A DNA stretch of 64,000 nt from positions 108,933,731 through 108,997,730 of the forward strand of contig NC_083404.1 in the NCBI RefSeq assembly GCF_020745735.1, read 5' to 3'. Of the stretch, positions 13,743-26,000 are shown piece after piece; position 1 is the first letter of the stretch, and each line of letters opens with the position of its first letter. Below the pieces are notes generated by a model, which was not told where the DNA came from, ran no database searches, and was given only the letters and a program-made list of their open reading frames with translations. The position numbers and the translations under genes are program-made. This DNA is from Hemiscyllium ocellatum. Taxonomy: Eukaryota.

Positions 13743-15140
13743 CATAGAGTCATAAAGATGTACAGCACGGAAACAGATTCATGCCAGCCACATATCCTAA
13801 GCTAATCTAGTCCCATTTGCCAGCACTTGGCCCATATCCCTCTAAACCCTTCCTATTCATATACCCATTCAGATGACCATTTTAAATGTTTCCCCTCTCA
13901 CCCTAAACCTATGCTTTCCAAAAGTCCTTGCCAGTTAAAGCTATCCATGTCCCTCATGATTTTACAAACCCCTATAAGGATTAACCTCAGCATCCAATGC
14001 TTCAGCGAAAACACCCCCAGCCTATTCAGTCTGTCCCTATACCTCAAATTCTCCAACCCTGGCAACATCCTTGCAAATCTTTTCTGAACCCCTTCAAGTT
14101 TCATAATATCCTTCAAATAGGAGGGAGACGGGAATTGCACACAGTATTCCAAAAGCGGTCTAACCAATGTCCTGTACAACTACAACATGACCTCCTAACT
14201 CTTGTACTCAATACTCTGATCAATAAAGTATACCAAATGCCTTCTTCACTATCCTATCTGCCTGTGACTCCACTTTCAAGGAAATATGAACCTGCACTGC
14301 AAGGTCTCTTTGTTCAGCAACACTCCCCATAATCTTACCATTAAGTGTATAACTCCTGCTTGGATTTGCCTTTTCAAAATGCAGCACCTCACATTTATCT
14401 AAATTAAACTCCATATGCCTCTGATCAAGATTCCATTGTAGTCTGAGGTAGCCTTCTTCGCTGTAAATTACACCTCTAATTTTGGTATCATCTGCAAACT
14501 TACTAACTATACCTCTTATGCCCGCATCCAGATTATTTACATAAATGACAAAAAGCAGTGGGCCCAGCACTGGCTTGTGGCACATCACTGGTCACAGGCC
14601 TCCAGTCTGAAAGGCAACCCTCCACCACCACCCTCTGTCTTTTACCTTCAAGCTTGTTCTGTATCCAAGTAGCTGGTTCTCCTTGTATTCCACGAGATCT
14701 AACCTTGCCAACCAGTCTACCATAAGGAACCTTGTTGAACACTTTACTGAAGTCCATATAGATCATAGCCACTGCTCTTCCCTCCTCAAACCTCTTTGTT
14801 ACTTGTTCAAAAAACTCAATCAAGTTCCTGAGATGATGTCCCACACACAAAGCCATATTGACTATCAATCCATGCCTTTCCAAATCCTGTCCCTCAGGAT
14901 TTCCTCCAACAACTTGCCCACCACCAATATCAGGCTCATCAGTCTATTGTTCCCTGGCTTTTCCTTACCACCTTTCTTAAATAGAGGCACCACGTTAGCC
15001 AATCTCCAGTTTTACAGCCCCTCACCTGTGACTATTAATGATTCAACTGTCACAGAAAGGGACCCAGAAATCATTTCCTTAGCTCCTCAGAGTTCTACGG
15101 CACACCTGATCAGGTCCTGAGGAATTTATCCACTCTCATT
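13743..15140 (-). mobile_element. CR1-clade LINE fragment (RT and 3' end), decayed
   Basis: Frameshifted ORFs with MDFSKVFNKVP, LGPLLFVIY, FADDTKI, RPLLEYCVQF; 3' tail (ACTCTATG)n at 13743. Confidence 0.9.
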
Positions 15141-15734
15141 TAGATCTACATTCCTGATGAATGGTTCCCAAGAAAGGGAAAACAATCCATGATTTTCTAA
15201 GATCATGTAAGTGGTCTTCACTAATGCTGGGAGTGGGAGCTGGTTGGAGGAGGACCATAGTTTTTCAGATGTTGAATGGAAGGTCATTTTCACATCCACT
15301 TCCAAGTTGACAAAGACTCAGACCTCTGTGTTGGAGTGAAAGCATACATACAGGTGGGCATCTACATGTGTAGGCTGAACAGTTTTCCATCTGTTCTGTA
15401 AATCATTTCCCATGTCAATGAGTAATTTGCTGGAGGCAAGGTGAAGTATTGCAGCAAGGAAAATAAAGAGGAGTGTTGATGCAATGGTACAGCTCTATAT
15501 GACCTCGGATTTCACCGGAGGTACAATTGGTGGGTGAGGATCTTGGCTTACATGTCATTGCAGGGTAGGCAGAAAGTCATTACAAATATCAGAAGGCAGC
15601 CAAATGTGAGAAGCATACTCCTTAATCCTTTGCAATAAACGTTGTCAAAAGTTGCTTTTTGTATGTTACTTGCTTTATGTTATGGTATACACTCCCCATA
15701 GTGACCAAGTCTGCGGGCTTCCAACCATGAATTT

Positions 15735-16015
15735 AAGGGGCAGTACAGTACTGCTGCCTATTAGCACCTGGACCCAGGTTCAATTCCACCAGAGGGGGAC
15801 TGTCTTGTGGAGTTCGCATATCCTGGCCACGTCTTTGTGGGTTTCCTTTGGGTGCTGCAGTGTGCTCCTATAATCAAAAGCCCATCTTGTCCAAGGATGC
15901 ATAGGCTGCGTGGATTAGTTAGTTAATACAAGATTACAGGGATAGGATTAGTGTGGGACAATGTAGACTTGATAGGCCAAGTGGCCTACTTCCACGCTAG
16001 AGATGCTGTGGTATT
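15735..16015 (+). mobile_element. Old HE1-like V-SINE
   Basis: Degenerate head (gggcagtacagtactgctgcc..caggttcaattcc) and V-domain. Confidence 0.7.
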
Positions 16016-17254
16016 CGTTCCTAGAAATCAATTTCATAATTTACTTTTAAAGGTCAACATGATGCTCTCCAGCTTTCTTGGAAAAAAAACATACTTTGCT
16101 GTCCAACATAAGGGAATGTGCACATGATGAATTAACTTTCTGATTGCTGGTCTCGGATATATAGTGATTTTTAGTTCCCACAGCTTCTTCAGAATACAAA
16201 GATCAGTGACATGACTGGCTCTTTGCTTGTGAAATGCCAACATCAAATGAAGGGTTGAATCAAGACTCTTCACTTGAATGCAAAGATCCCACGATCTGAG
16301 AGGGGGGTGTGGGAGTATTTCTCTAGAATTTTGATTAAATATTTATTGCTCAAAATGGCAGTGTACATGGGACTTGGCAACATTCAAACTTGCTCAATGG
16401 TCCCTTAGAATAATTCAAGTGCTATTTGTTTGGGTAATCCAGAGGATGTGAATGTAATAATACAAAATGCAAACTGCTTCCATACCAAAAAGAATGAATT
16501 TTAGTGTTTACACCTTTTAGAATTGAATTCTCCTTCACACCATCCTACCTGGAAGCTTCCTTATTCCTTTAAGACTTTTAAAAAGTTTGATTTTCTTACT
16601 TGTTTTGCATCACTTTTCTGCCCTGGTTGTTTTCATGTCCTCACATATTTCCAATGCAAGTTGGCAGTAACTGCATTCAGGATGGAGGTTAGGAAGTGAG
16701 GAGAAGGGTGTGCAGGGTATGCATTCATCCACGGGATGTGAACATTTCAACTTCAAATTCAGAACCAAAGTACTGAATTTGAAGCAATAGTTTTGGACCT
16801 AGAACCTTCTGGCTCACAAGTAATAGTGCTCTCCCTTAAATTAAAGACGTCATCTTTCTTTTGGGGTCACAACAGATCCTTGACCACTCTTTGAATAACA
16901 GGCTGAAGTAATTCTCGTCTATCCTGGCCTAGAGAAAAGGTGTTATCTGCTCCTGACCACTAATTAATACATTTTGTGGGGAAATGAATATATACATTGC
17001 TATGTTGACACAAACCAATGGCCCAATCAGATTGGGATACAACATCCCTCAATCACACTTCCGACAGCTCAGTAGGCCACTGAAATTCCTTAAGGATTCA
17101 AATGAAGACTGATCTTGTTGGACAGGCTTCACTTGGGTGAGGTACTACAGTATGGCTGGTATCCATGAAAATATTCTCTGGCGCACAGTAACATTTTCGG
17201 AAACAGAAGAAAGCTGAAAGAATGAATCTCAAACACATTTCTTGCATATATAAT

Positions 17255-17260
17255 TTTATT
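17255..17260 (-). terminator. Candidate polyadenylation signal AATAAA (distal)
   Basis: The minus strand reads aataATAAAattatatatgcaagaaaTGTGTTTGagattcattctttc, i.e. hexamer plus downstream GU/U-rich element. A second candidate AATAAA is at 17835-17840. Confidence 0.5.
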
Positions 17261-18595
17261 ATTTAAAAGTATGATGTAAATGGCTTTCATACGGCTTGAA
17301 TGAATGAATAGCACGTAATCCATCGTCATATTTTACAGATTAAGCTAAATGCATTTTCGTAAAAATCATCGTACCATTCTGCAAAATTATTGAAGTCTGA
17401 ATATATATTATTTACATATTGAAGGCAAATGGGAGATGTACAGACAATTCAATACATAACATTATCTTAACAGTTTTGCAATAAATACCAAGTTTCATTT
17501 TTTTTATGTGCAACAGGCAAAAAAAATGAATCATACAATGGAGTGAGATTGAACTTATTTACAGATTTCTAGTGCCTTTGAGAAGGAACAGATTTCAATT
17601 TTTGCCAAAAAACTGAAAAGGGAACCAAAATAATAAATTAATTTTAACGGTAGAAAAGCTGCATATTGCTAGGTCCAGGTTGTTTATACAGAGGAACTTC
17701 AGAAGGCTGAAGAGCAGAAGTATTAACTTGATTAACAGATCCTCCCCTCACCATGTCCTTCCTAACCAATCTGAAATACCAAGTCAGCTGCTAATCCCAA
17801 ACTAAGTAAAGTGACGTGTTAGGGAATAAATAAGTTTATTTGCACAAGTTGACATGCTTCACAATCCCCACTAACTCAGGTCCTCTTTGATTAGCTTATA
17901 AAAATACCATTTCAGATTTTAAAGTATTTTGATAACAAATACGTAAAGGATGGAAATTCCTTCTTTCTGTAAAGCCCATCTACTTTCCTTCACAAAGAAG
18001 CAGAAATACTAGTCACTTGGTCATGGAGGTCTTGAGCCGGTCACCTCAATCTTTTGAGTCCAACCCTCTGGCTTAACAGAATTCATTACTATCCCTTTTA
18101 GATTTGTCGTCTTTGAGAAATTGGACATTTTTTCCATATTCAGAATCCCCAATGTCATAGTATTCAAATAATTCAGGCATAAAAGGTCACCTGTCCATTT
18201 TGCTTGTCACCAGGTCTCTATTGGTTGTAGAAGTGGAGAACGAAACCCAAAAGCAAATGCTTGTAACTTAATACTAAAATGGGACGGTTTGTCATCAGTT
18301 CTCACTCGTGGTCTTAATGAATATAATGTAGAAATTACGAAATTATATTTTTAGACAATTAACTTGTCATACAAATATTCTCAATGGGCCATTTAATGCG
18401 CATGAACTATTTTAAAATAGATGTTTTGTACCAACTCCCAATAGCGGGATTGAACTAATTGTATTCTCTACAATATTCATTTTTTCATGTTCACATTGAA
18501 AAAGGGAAGTGAGTCGGTAAATATTTTTCAAATCAACTAGACTTCCAAATGTTTGATATTTTGATCTCTTCTTAATGTATAAACTATATTTTTTA

Positions 18596-18756
18596 TGATT
18601 TGGAAATGCTGGTATTGGACTGGGGTGAACAAAGTTAAAAATCACACAACATCAGATTATAGTCCAACAGGTTTAATCACCTGAAGGAGCAGTGCTCCGA
18701 AAGCTACTGCTTCCAATTATACCTGTTGGACTACTCCTTGGTGTTATGTGATTTTT
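18596..18756. mobile_element. Fold-back mini-element (third family) in the CSRNP1 3'UTR
   Basis: Inverted arms 18633-18677 / 18716-18760 around CTGA-A-GGAGC-AGT-GCTCC-GAAA-GCTA; 14-bp TSD aactatatttttta at 18582-18595 and 18757-18770. Confidence 0.7.
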
Positions 18757-21700
18757 AACTATATTTTTTAAACCATGAAGAGCTCTTTGGAAAATAGATC
18801 AGTTCTAATAGTCTTAACTCCATGATTCCTTTCCAAATTTGGATTCTTCATCTTTCAGGTCTTCTTAATTCAACAGTGTCCCTTTTGCTACAAAAGTATT
18901 TATAGTTCCTCTGCATATTAGACACTGGGCTGAACCATGCGTGCCCTTCCCCCTCAGATTTTCAATAAATTATAAATTGTAAAGCTTAAAAAAAAATTAG
19001 CTACTTTGTGGAATTTTAAATAATTAAAGGTTTCAAATCTCTAGCACCTTTACAGAACTAATGACCTTCATGCCAAAAATACAGCCTAAAACACTAAATG
19101 TTTGAATGCAATTCACGTCTTAGTTTTTTTAAAAAATGGTTTCTTACCAAAAAGATACTTTTCAAATCTTCAAACATTTTGCAGACTTCTTGGAGAAAAG
19201 CCAAGGACCTGCAATGAAGTGTTTCACTTGACAGGAGCAGTGCTGTCACTAGATTTTTAAAAAATGATCACATTTGATAGGCAAAATTGGAGTTGAACAC
19301 ACACCCAGGCAACACTCACGAGCCTTTGTCCTTCTGAACTGAGCTCATGTGGAAATCACATTCCTGGACTATGAAAAATTAGAAGATGAAGTCCAGGTGG
19401 TTTGCATGTCTAATGCTGCTGGAAACAGGTGCATCTTAAGGTAATACATTTCTTTTAAAAAATCTGGTATTAAAAAGTGCATGACCAAAACTGCTATATA
19501 CAGTCGGTTATATGCAATTTTTGATTTTTTTCTTCAGCATTTGGTACCAAACTGACTAGTGACAACACTGCTCAAACAAACACAGTTACAATAACAGTGT
19601 AATGATGAGAAAGACCAGTGCTACTGAAAGGCTGTATTGCACTTCCATTGTTTCATTATTAAACCACAGTGCTCCTTGCAGTACTGCATGTACAAAAATA
19701 AATAAATACAGTACAAAATAAATAAAAACTGCACATGTAATACTTAAAGGTACAGTATTACAAAAGTTACTTATTAACTTCCGACTATTTAAGACCTGGT
19801 CTCAAGTTGGCTTTATCAATGTACTTTGCACTTACAAATTACTGTACAATTTGCTAGGCTCAGCTGTAGTTAAGACTTTGCATAGTAAGTTTAATCAATT
19901 TGTGCATTAACCCTTTACCATTCAAAGAATCTTTATCTTGTAAGGTGTGTTAAAAAAGGAATGCTAAATTTAAAGAAAAAAAACAATGCTGGAAATGATA
20001 AACATTTGGGTGAAAGACTGAAAAGTCCAGGCCATGGTTCAGAGAAGAAATTTCATTGGAACCCAGGAAGAGTTACATTTAGAATGCAGATACAGGCAGA
20101 TCTGTTCATTATTGGTATCTGCCCACTATTGTTCACAAATTTAAAAAGCACAATCTGTCTGCAGTAAATACAATACAAATTGTACTGCAGCCCCTTCCTT
20201 CTGAGGAATACAAAGATTTAAGCCCATTTTGTTGCGCAAAAGTGTGCACAGCATTCTGAAGTAGGTCATCATCAGTGATGTGTACAATTATTACACACCC
20301 AGTGAATACAACACTGGGTTAAGCACTTAAAAACACTTCTAGAAGGAGGAAGGAGACCAAATATTTCCTATTTGGGAAGTCAACAAATACAATAAAGCTT
20401 AACACAAAATTAATTCCCTAGGCAAGGCATATCACAAGCACAAATAGATATATTCCATGCATTATGTTTACGCAGTCACATATTTTTGATCAATGCCCCA
20501 AAATTGACATTTGGAGTCAAATTAAAATCTTTGGTTCCAGAATCCCAACCAAACTCTAAACAACTGCCACACAGTTATAAACTTAACAGATGGAGTTCAA
20601 AATCTTGACTACAAAAAAAAAATCAAATTCTGGTGTTCATGTTTTGCACTCATGTGATCCTGTCTAATCTTATGACACTTCATGTCTAGTCTTGAACATT
20701 GCCAAAATTTCCTTTATCCAATTATTGTCAGTTATGCCTTCACTCTCTAGGTTCCAGTTTCTAAGGATATTCTCCTTAAACTTTTGTACCCCTCTCTCAT
20801 CCTTGTAATGACATCCTCCAAAATCAAGACTACCTTCTTTCCCCAAGATATAGATCAACAGTCAGTTATATCCTTACGTGGCTGTCAAATTTTAAATGAT
20901 AATCCTACTCTGAAGGATCATGGAATATTTGAATGAATTATCATACTGCATAAAATCAAATTGTCCAAAGCTACAATCTCACTGCTCAATTTTACTGGAT
21001 AATCTCAATTATTGCTCCTGTTGAGAAAAAAGGTGCAAGTTTCACAGTTTGAAAAATAATTCTCATCCAGCTGTGAATAACTGGAACAAAAGCCTCAGGC
21101 TTACTCTTAACATGCCATAATACAACATTAAGGAGGTCTACCGTATGGGGCCTTAGAGCATCAATGAACTTTAACAACATTGAAGCATAAATACCAGGAG
21201 CATTCCAGATTCAGTAGCTGATTTAAATTCAGCTAATTTATAGGTTGAAGGTTATAACACCATGGCACTCCCATGAGCTTCAATCTAATGTGTTACAAAA
21301 CCACTCCCAAAGATGGTCTTGAAACTTGAAGGATGCGTAGAGACAGTGGAGGTAGAATGCAGCATTAGGCTTTTCTGCTTAACCAACATTCATCCACTGT
21401 TTAGGTTCATCTAATACAGAATTGGAATGACATTACAAAAGGTCAAGCAACAACATGGAATTGTAGCCTAGCATGGGTGGTTGCTTTTACATTCCAAGCT
21501 GGGGTGCAAAAGAAAAATCACATAATACAAGATAGTAATCGGGGCTGAAGAAAACAGCACGATTCTTTGAATAGGTTGGTCACAAATACATTGTCCAAAT
21601 GATTTCAGCTGCCAAATGTGCATTGATAAGTAACCAAACAGATCGGGACTTATTCCATTTCCACTTTAAGTGTCATTTGTAAGCAATCATTTGTGTTGCT

Positions 21701-22060
21701 CTTCGCTGAAGTACCACCGATATTCGGCATTGATGCATCACTATTACAACACACTCAAGATCCAATTATCTTTTCAATTTAAACAATATATAGCTCTTTC
21801 ATACAAAAGATTACTAACTGATACTTAGGAGTATCACTCCCACTTCAAGTTGAAGAATCATTTTGATATTTATAGCCTCACTGGATCCATGATTAATACA
21901 ACCAAAGGCTAATTACTGCAGAATGATTCCTTGACTTGTGACTTCAATCAGTTCTGCATCCCTCCCATCAAATACATCAGTCATTTCATAAAGATATCTA
22001 TTATTCATCTTTGAAACAAAAAGAAAGAAATTTGGAACAAGTCACTTTGATAGTCTGAAG

Positions 22061-23092
22061 TTAAACCTTCACAGTTTCCATAATGGATGTTTTGATGGCT
22101 TCTTCGAGATGCTGACTGTCTGGGAAAGGTGTAGGGGGCTCTGGAAAAGAATCAGCTGTGATGGGCTCAGCCAGACCAATCAGAGACTCCAGGAAACAGC
22201 TACCTGGGTCAGCGGCCTGGGAGAAACTGGGAAAGCCAGGGAACTGAAACTGCAGCGATGGACAATTGTCCATGCTTTCATGGTCCTTCTGTGGATTGTG
22301 AAAAGATCCATAGTTGAATTCTGAGAACGACTGGAAAAATTCAAAGGAGTCAGTCGAAAGGCTGAGGTCAGTGTAGCTTTTGGGAGCCTGCTCCACACAG
22401 TGAGCAGGCGGGTAGCCATGGTTACTGCTTGGTGTCAGAGCTACATCTCCCAGAGAGAAACTTCCTTCCTGATTGGCATTCTCATCCAAGCTGGGCAAGT
22501 GATTAGTATAGTACTCAGTGTTGAATTTAAAGGTTTCCATGCTAGACTGCTGGTCACCAGTCTCACAGAAAAAGTCAGATGGGTTAAAGTAAGGGAAGCC
22601 ATCCTGGTTTTCAGTGTCATTACCACACTCGCTTTCAGAATCATTAAAATGGAGGATTCGGGTCAGTCCGTCATCATCAATGTCTGCTGTTTGATGAGAC
22701 TGTGGTGCGTTATCCAAGAAATGGTCATTGCTTCCCTCATCCACCCCCTCGCTGTAATTTGACAAACTGGAATCGGTCATGTCACTGCTACAGCTGTTAT
22801 CCTCACTGTCATCTGACTCTTCACTGAAAGGAAAGGCTGGCGTTAGGGAGGCATTTCTGTCCTGGAAGGTGGCCTTGTCTGCTGAATATCCATAATGATG
22901 GGGATTTTCCAAGTGTGGCATGTCTGACTCTCCATTCCTATTTTCACCATTTGATTGTCTTTTCTCCAAGTCCAGCTTCATGATGGTGTGGATGAAATGT
23001 GTCTGTACTCTGGCAGAGTTGAACTCTATCCTTCCCATTGTGTTACCACAACCATCCTTTGTACAACCACAGGGAAAAGACATCCGGTCCAT
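22061..23092 (-). CDS. CSRNP1: CSRNP1 last coding exon (end of Cys-rich domain, acidic C-terminal region)
   Basis: Acceptor ttatacag|[18 protein letters not shown]...[20 protein letters not shown]...METVKV*, TAA at 22063-22061. Confidence 0.94.
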   Translation of the reverse strand: MDRMSFPCGCTKDGCGNTMGRIEFNSARVQTHFIHTIMKLDLEKRQSNGENRNGESDMPHLENPHHYGYSADKATFQDRNASLTPAFPFSEESDDSEDNSCSSDMTDSSLSNYSEGVDEGSNDHFLDNAPQSHQTADIDDDGLTRILHFNDSESECGNDTENQDGFPYFNPSDFFCETGDQQSSMETFKFNTEYYTNHLPSLDENANQEGSFSLGDVALTPSSNHGYPPAHCVEQAPKSYTDLSLSTDSFEFFQSFSEFNYGSFHNPQKDHESMDNCPSLQFQFPGFPSFSQAADPGSCFLESLIGLAEPITADSFPEPPTPFPDSQHLEEAIKTSIMETVKV

Positions 23093-26000
23093 CTGTATAA
23101 TACAAAAGTGCATAATGTAAGCATGTAGGAACAGAAAAATAGAAGTAGGCCATTCAGCCTTTTCACTAATATTATAAATCAATAGGGTTACAATCACATG
23201 TTTGAACACCTTGTATTTATATATATATTACTGACCTTCATCGCTACAGTAATTTAATTACATTTAAGTTCATTTTGTTGCCATTGTATTTCCCCAGGTC
23301 TTCAGCAAAGAAACTGAACTGCTTTTTTTAAAAATAGATGCTCTCTTGATGAAGCATTTCTGCTTTCATTTGTCATTACGCTCCCCCCCCCCCAAAAAAA
23401 AAGTAGTCTAAATTCTGAGGTGGTGAATTCCCTTTCCCTCCATGTAAATGTCAGAGATAGGGAAACAAACTTGCTAAATGGAAACCAGCTGCCCACAGCC
23501 AAGTAATAGTTTGGACAGGGCATTTCTGTCTCTCAGCAAGACTGGTCTCAGAAAGCTATTGGCTGGAGGCACGGGGAATTAGATCAGGATTTGATTAAGT
23601 GTATTGAGTCTATAGGGATGCCAAAATGCAAGCCCCAGAGAAGAGAGCGGAAGGGACAACATTGCTGGGTGGGTGTGGGGGTGGTGTCCTCATACAGGTC
23701 GGGATTCAAACTTCAAGTTACTCTTTTTGTTTTATGGGATGTGGACGTTGCTAGTAAAGCTACCATTTGTTGTCTATCCCTAGACCATTTCAGACGGCAC
23801 TAAGAAGTCAACCACATTCTGTGCGTGTGAGGTCATCTCTAGGCCTGAAGTGAGATTAGTGAACCAGATGAATCTTTACAACAATCAACGGTAGTTATCA
23901 TGGTTGACCGTTCTACTTATTAAATGTTTTGAATTCCAAACACTGACGTGGTGGGATATGAGAACATGTTGCCAAAGCATTGGCCTGTGTCTTTGTTTAC
24001 TGGCCAGTGACATTGTCAATATACCACCACCTCCCCTTAAAACAACTGGTGACAGATTGGCACTTACAGGTATTGTTATTTGGCTTTTGAAAAAAAAAAT
24101 CCAGAAAGACCAAAATCTACAACTGCATAACAATTCAAACCTATTTGGTGTTACATGTTGCTGAATCAACAGTGAAGTGATATTTTACTGGATTAGGGAT
24201 CTATGGAATTAGAGTTCAAATGCCAGTTTAGGTGTTTGAGCCCAGTCTTTTTTCTAAAACAATGGTCATCAAATGCTGATTGCAGTGAAAATGACTATAC
24301 AGTGGTCATATTGTTGACAAAAAAAGACACTGGTTCATTAATCACCTGTGAGGAAGTAAATGGATGGTTCTTATTCGATCTATATGCAACTTTAGTCCCA
24401 GATCAGTGTGGTTGGTTGTTAACCGCCTCTCAAGGTAGCCTAGAAACCCCATTCAATTATCTTAGAGCAATAAAAAAAATAGAACTGCAATGGATGGAGG
24501 AGGCAGCTCAATCTTCAGAGAACAGGCCAGAAAGAAGGCAAATATTATGGCCTTCATAGCAAGAGGATTCAAGTCGAGGAGCAGTGAAGTCTCGCTTCAA
24601 TTATGCAGGATCTTGGTGAGACCACACCTGGAATAATGTGTGCAGATCTGAGAAAGGGTGTTCTTGTTACAGAGGGAGAGCAGCAAAGGTTCACTGACTG
24701 AATCTTTGGATGGCAGGACTGATAAGAGTCGCGATTAAGTTTGTTGGAGTTCAAGATTGAGGAGGGGAATCTCAGAAATCTACAAAATTCTAACAGAACT
24801 AGACCGGGTAGATGTAGGAAGAATGCTGGTGAGTGTTGGACCAGTGGTCATAATCTAAGGATACAGGGCAAACCTTTTAAGACGGAGATGAAGAGAAACA
24901 TTTTCACCCAGCGAGTGATGAACCTGTGGAACTTGCTATGTCAGAAAAGCAGTCGAGATCAAAACACTGGATAATTTTGAGGAGTTGGGTATAACCCTTG
25001 AGACTAAAGGGATCAGAGGATATGGGGGAAAAGCAGGAACAGGTTAGTGATTTGGATGATCAGACGTGATCTAAATGAATAGCCTACTTCTGCTCCTATT
25101 TTCTGTTTTTAAATTACAAATACTCAAGAAAGAACATCAATAAAAGGTTATAGCTCAAAGCAAGTGACAGCTTGGTTCAGTTAATAGCACACTTATCTTC
25201 AGTTATTATGATAAAGCTCCACACTAGAATTTAATGATTTAGACTGATATTTCACTTTAGAGTTGACAGAGAGATTGCTACATTGTTAGTGGCTCCTCCT
25301 GCTCTGCAGAAGACTTCAAATCGAGACCTTACCTATATAGCGCATTATATGATTCTATGGTGCAACATGAAAGGAAATGGGTAACTATCTTCACAAAAGA
25401 ATAATCTCCAGATATCTCCAAAGGACAGATCAACAAGTCAACCATCTCATAGAAACACCGGAAGCATTTCAAGCTCTTAAGTATCTTCAATAATTCACTT
25501 AGATCATGTTCCTTATTCCTAACTAGCTCAGCGCCCTGTCGGTCTGCAGTACACAAAAGACCCGCTGACAGAACCAATCAATGATCAATTCATTGTGTAA
25601 GATTTCAGAGAGCATTGAGAGAGTCTTGATGAAACATTATACAGACTTGAGTTTTACACACTTACAACTTTTAGTTATTTCCAAACTACAATGTCATTCC
25701 CACAGAGATACTTGCCACAGAGGGCCACTGAGTCAATAAAGGGACTCTGAACAACCCATTAATAACAAAAGGGCATTTTAAAAAATACACATCAAAATAA
25801 AGAGCTGTGAAATTGTTCATTACATACAGGAGATGTCAGATCTTTGACACTATTGTCTCCACACAATCAAATATTTTGCAGTTGGAACACAGGGATTAGT
25901 GCACAGCGCAAGAGAAAATGTTAGGTGTTGACAAGACAGGCCATGTGCGGAGCCAAATCCAGAACCAAAGAAGCGCATTGTAGGTTATAGTGCCTTAGGT

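Larger units (their letters stand above)
17240..22060 (-). other. CSRNP1: Probable CSRNP1 3'UTR (~4.8 kb)
   Basis: AT-rich and nearly TE-free, with ARE nonamers, Pumilio elements and miRNA seed sites; ends at an AATAAA followed by a GU/U-rich stretch. Confidence 0.55.

Noticed and set aside
20160-20320. Two small UTR hairpins (20160-20189; 20297-20319) as Roquin CDE or pre-miRNA
   Set aside because: Stems are only 7-8 bp and the loops do not match the CDE tri-loop; too short for a pre-miRNA.
22109-22762. Antisense and alternative-frame ORFs over the last exon
   Set aside because: Shadow ORFs of the real CDS.
23093-23209. N-terminal 39 aa of the 382-aa ORF
   Set aside because: Intronic read-through upstream of the acceptor at 23093; homology starts at MDRMSF.
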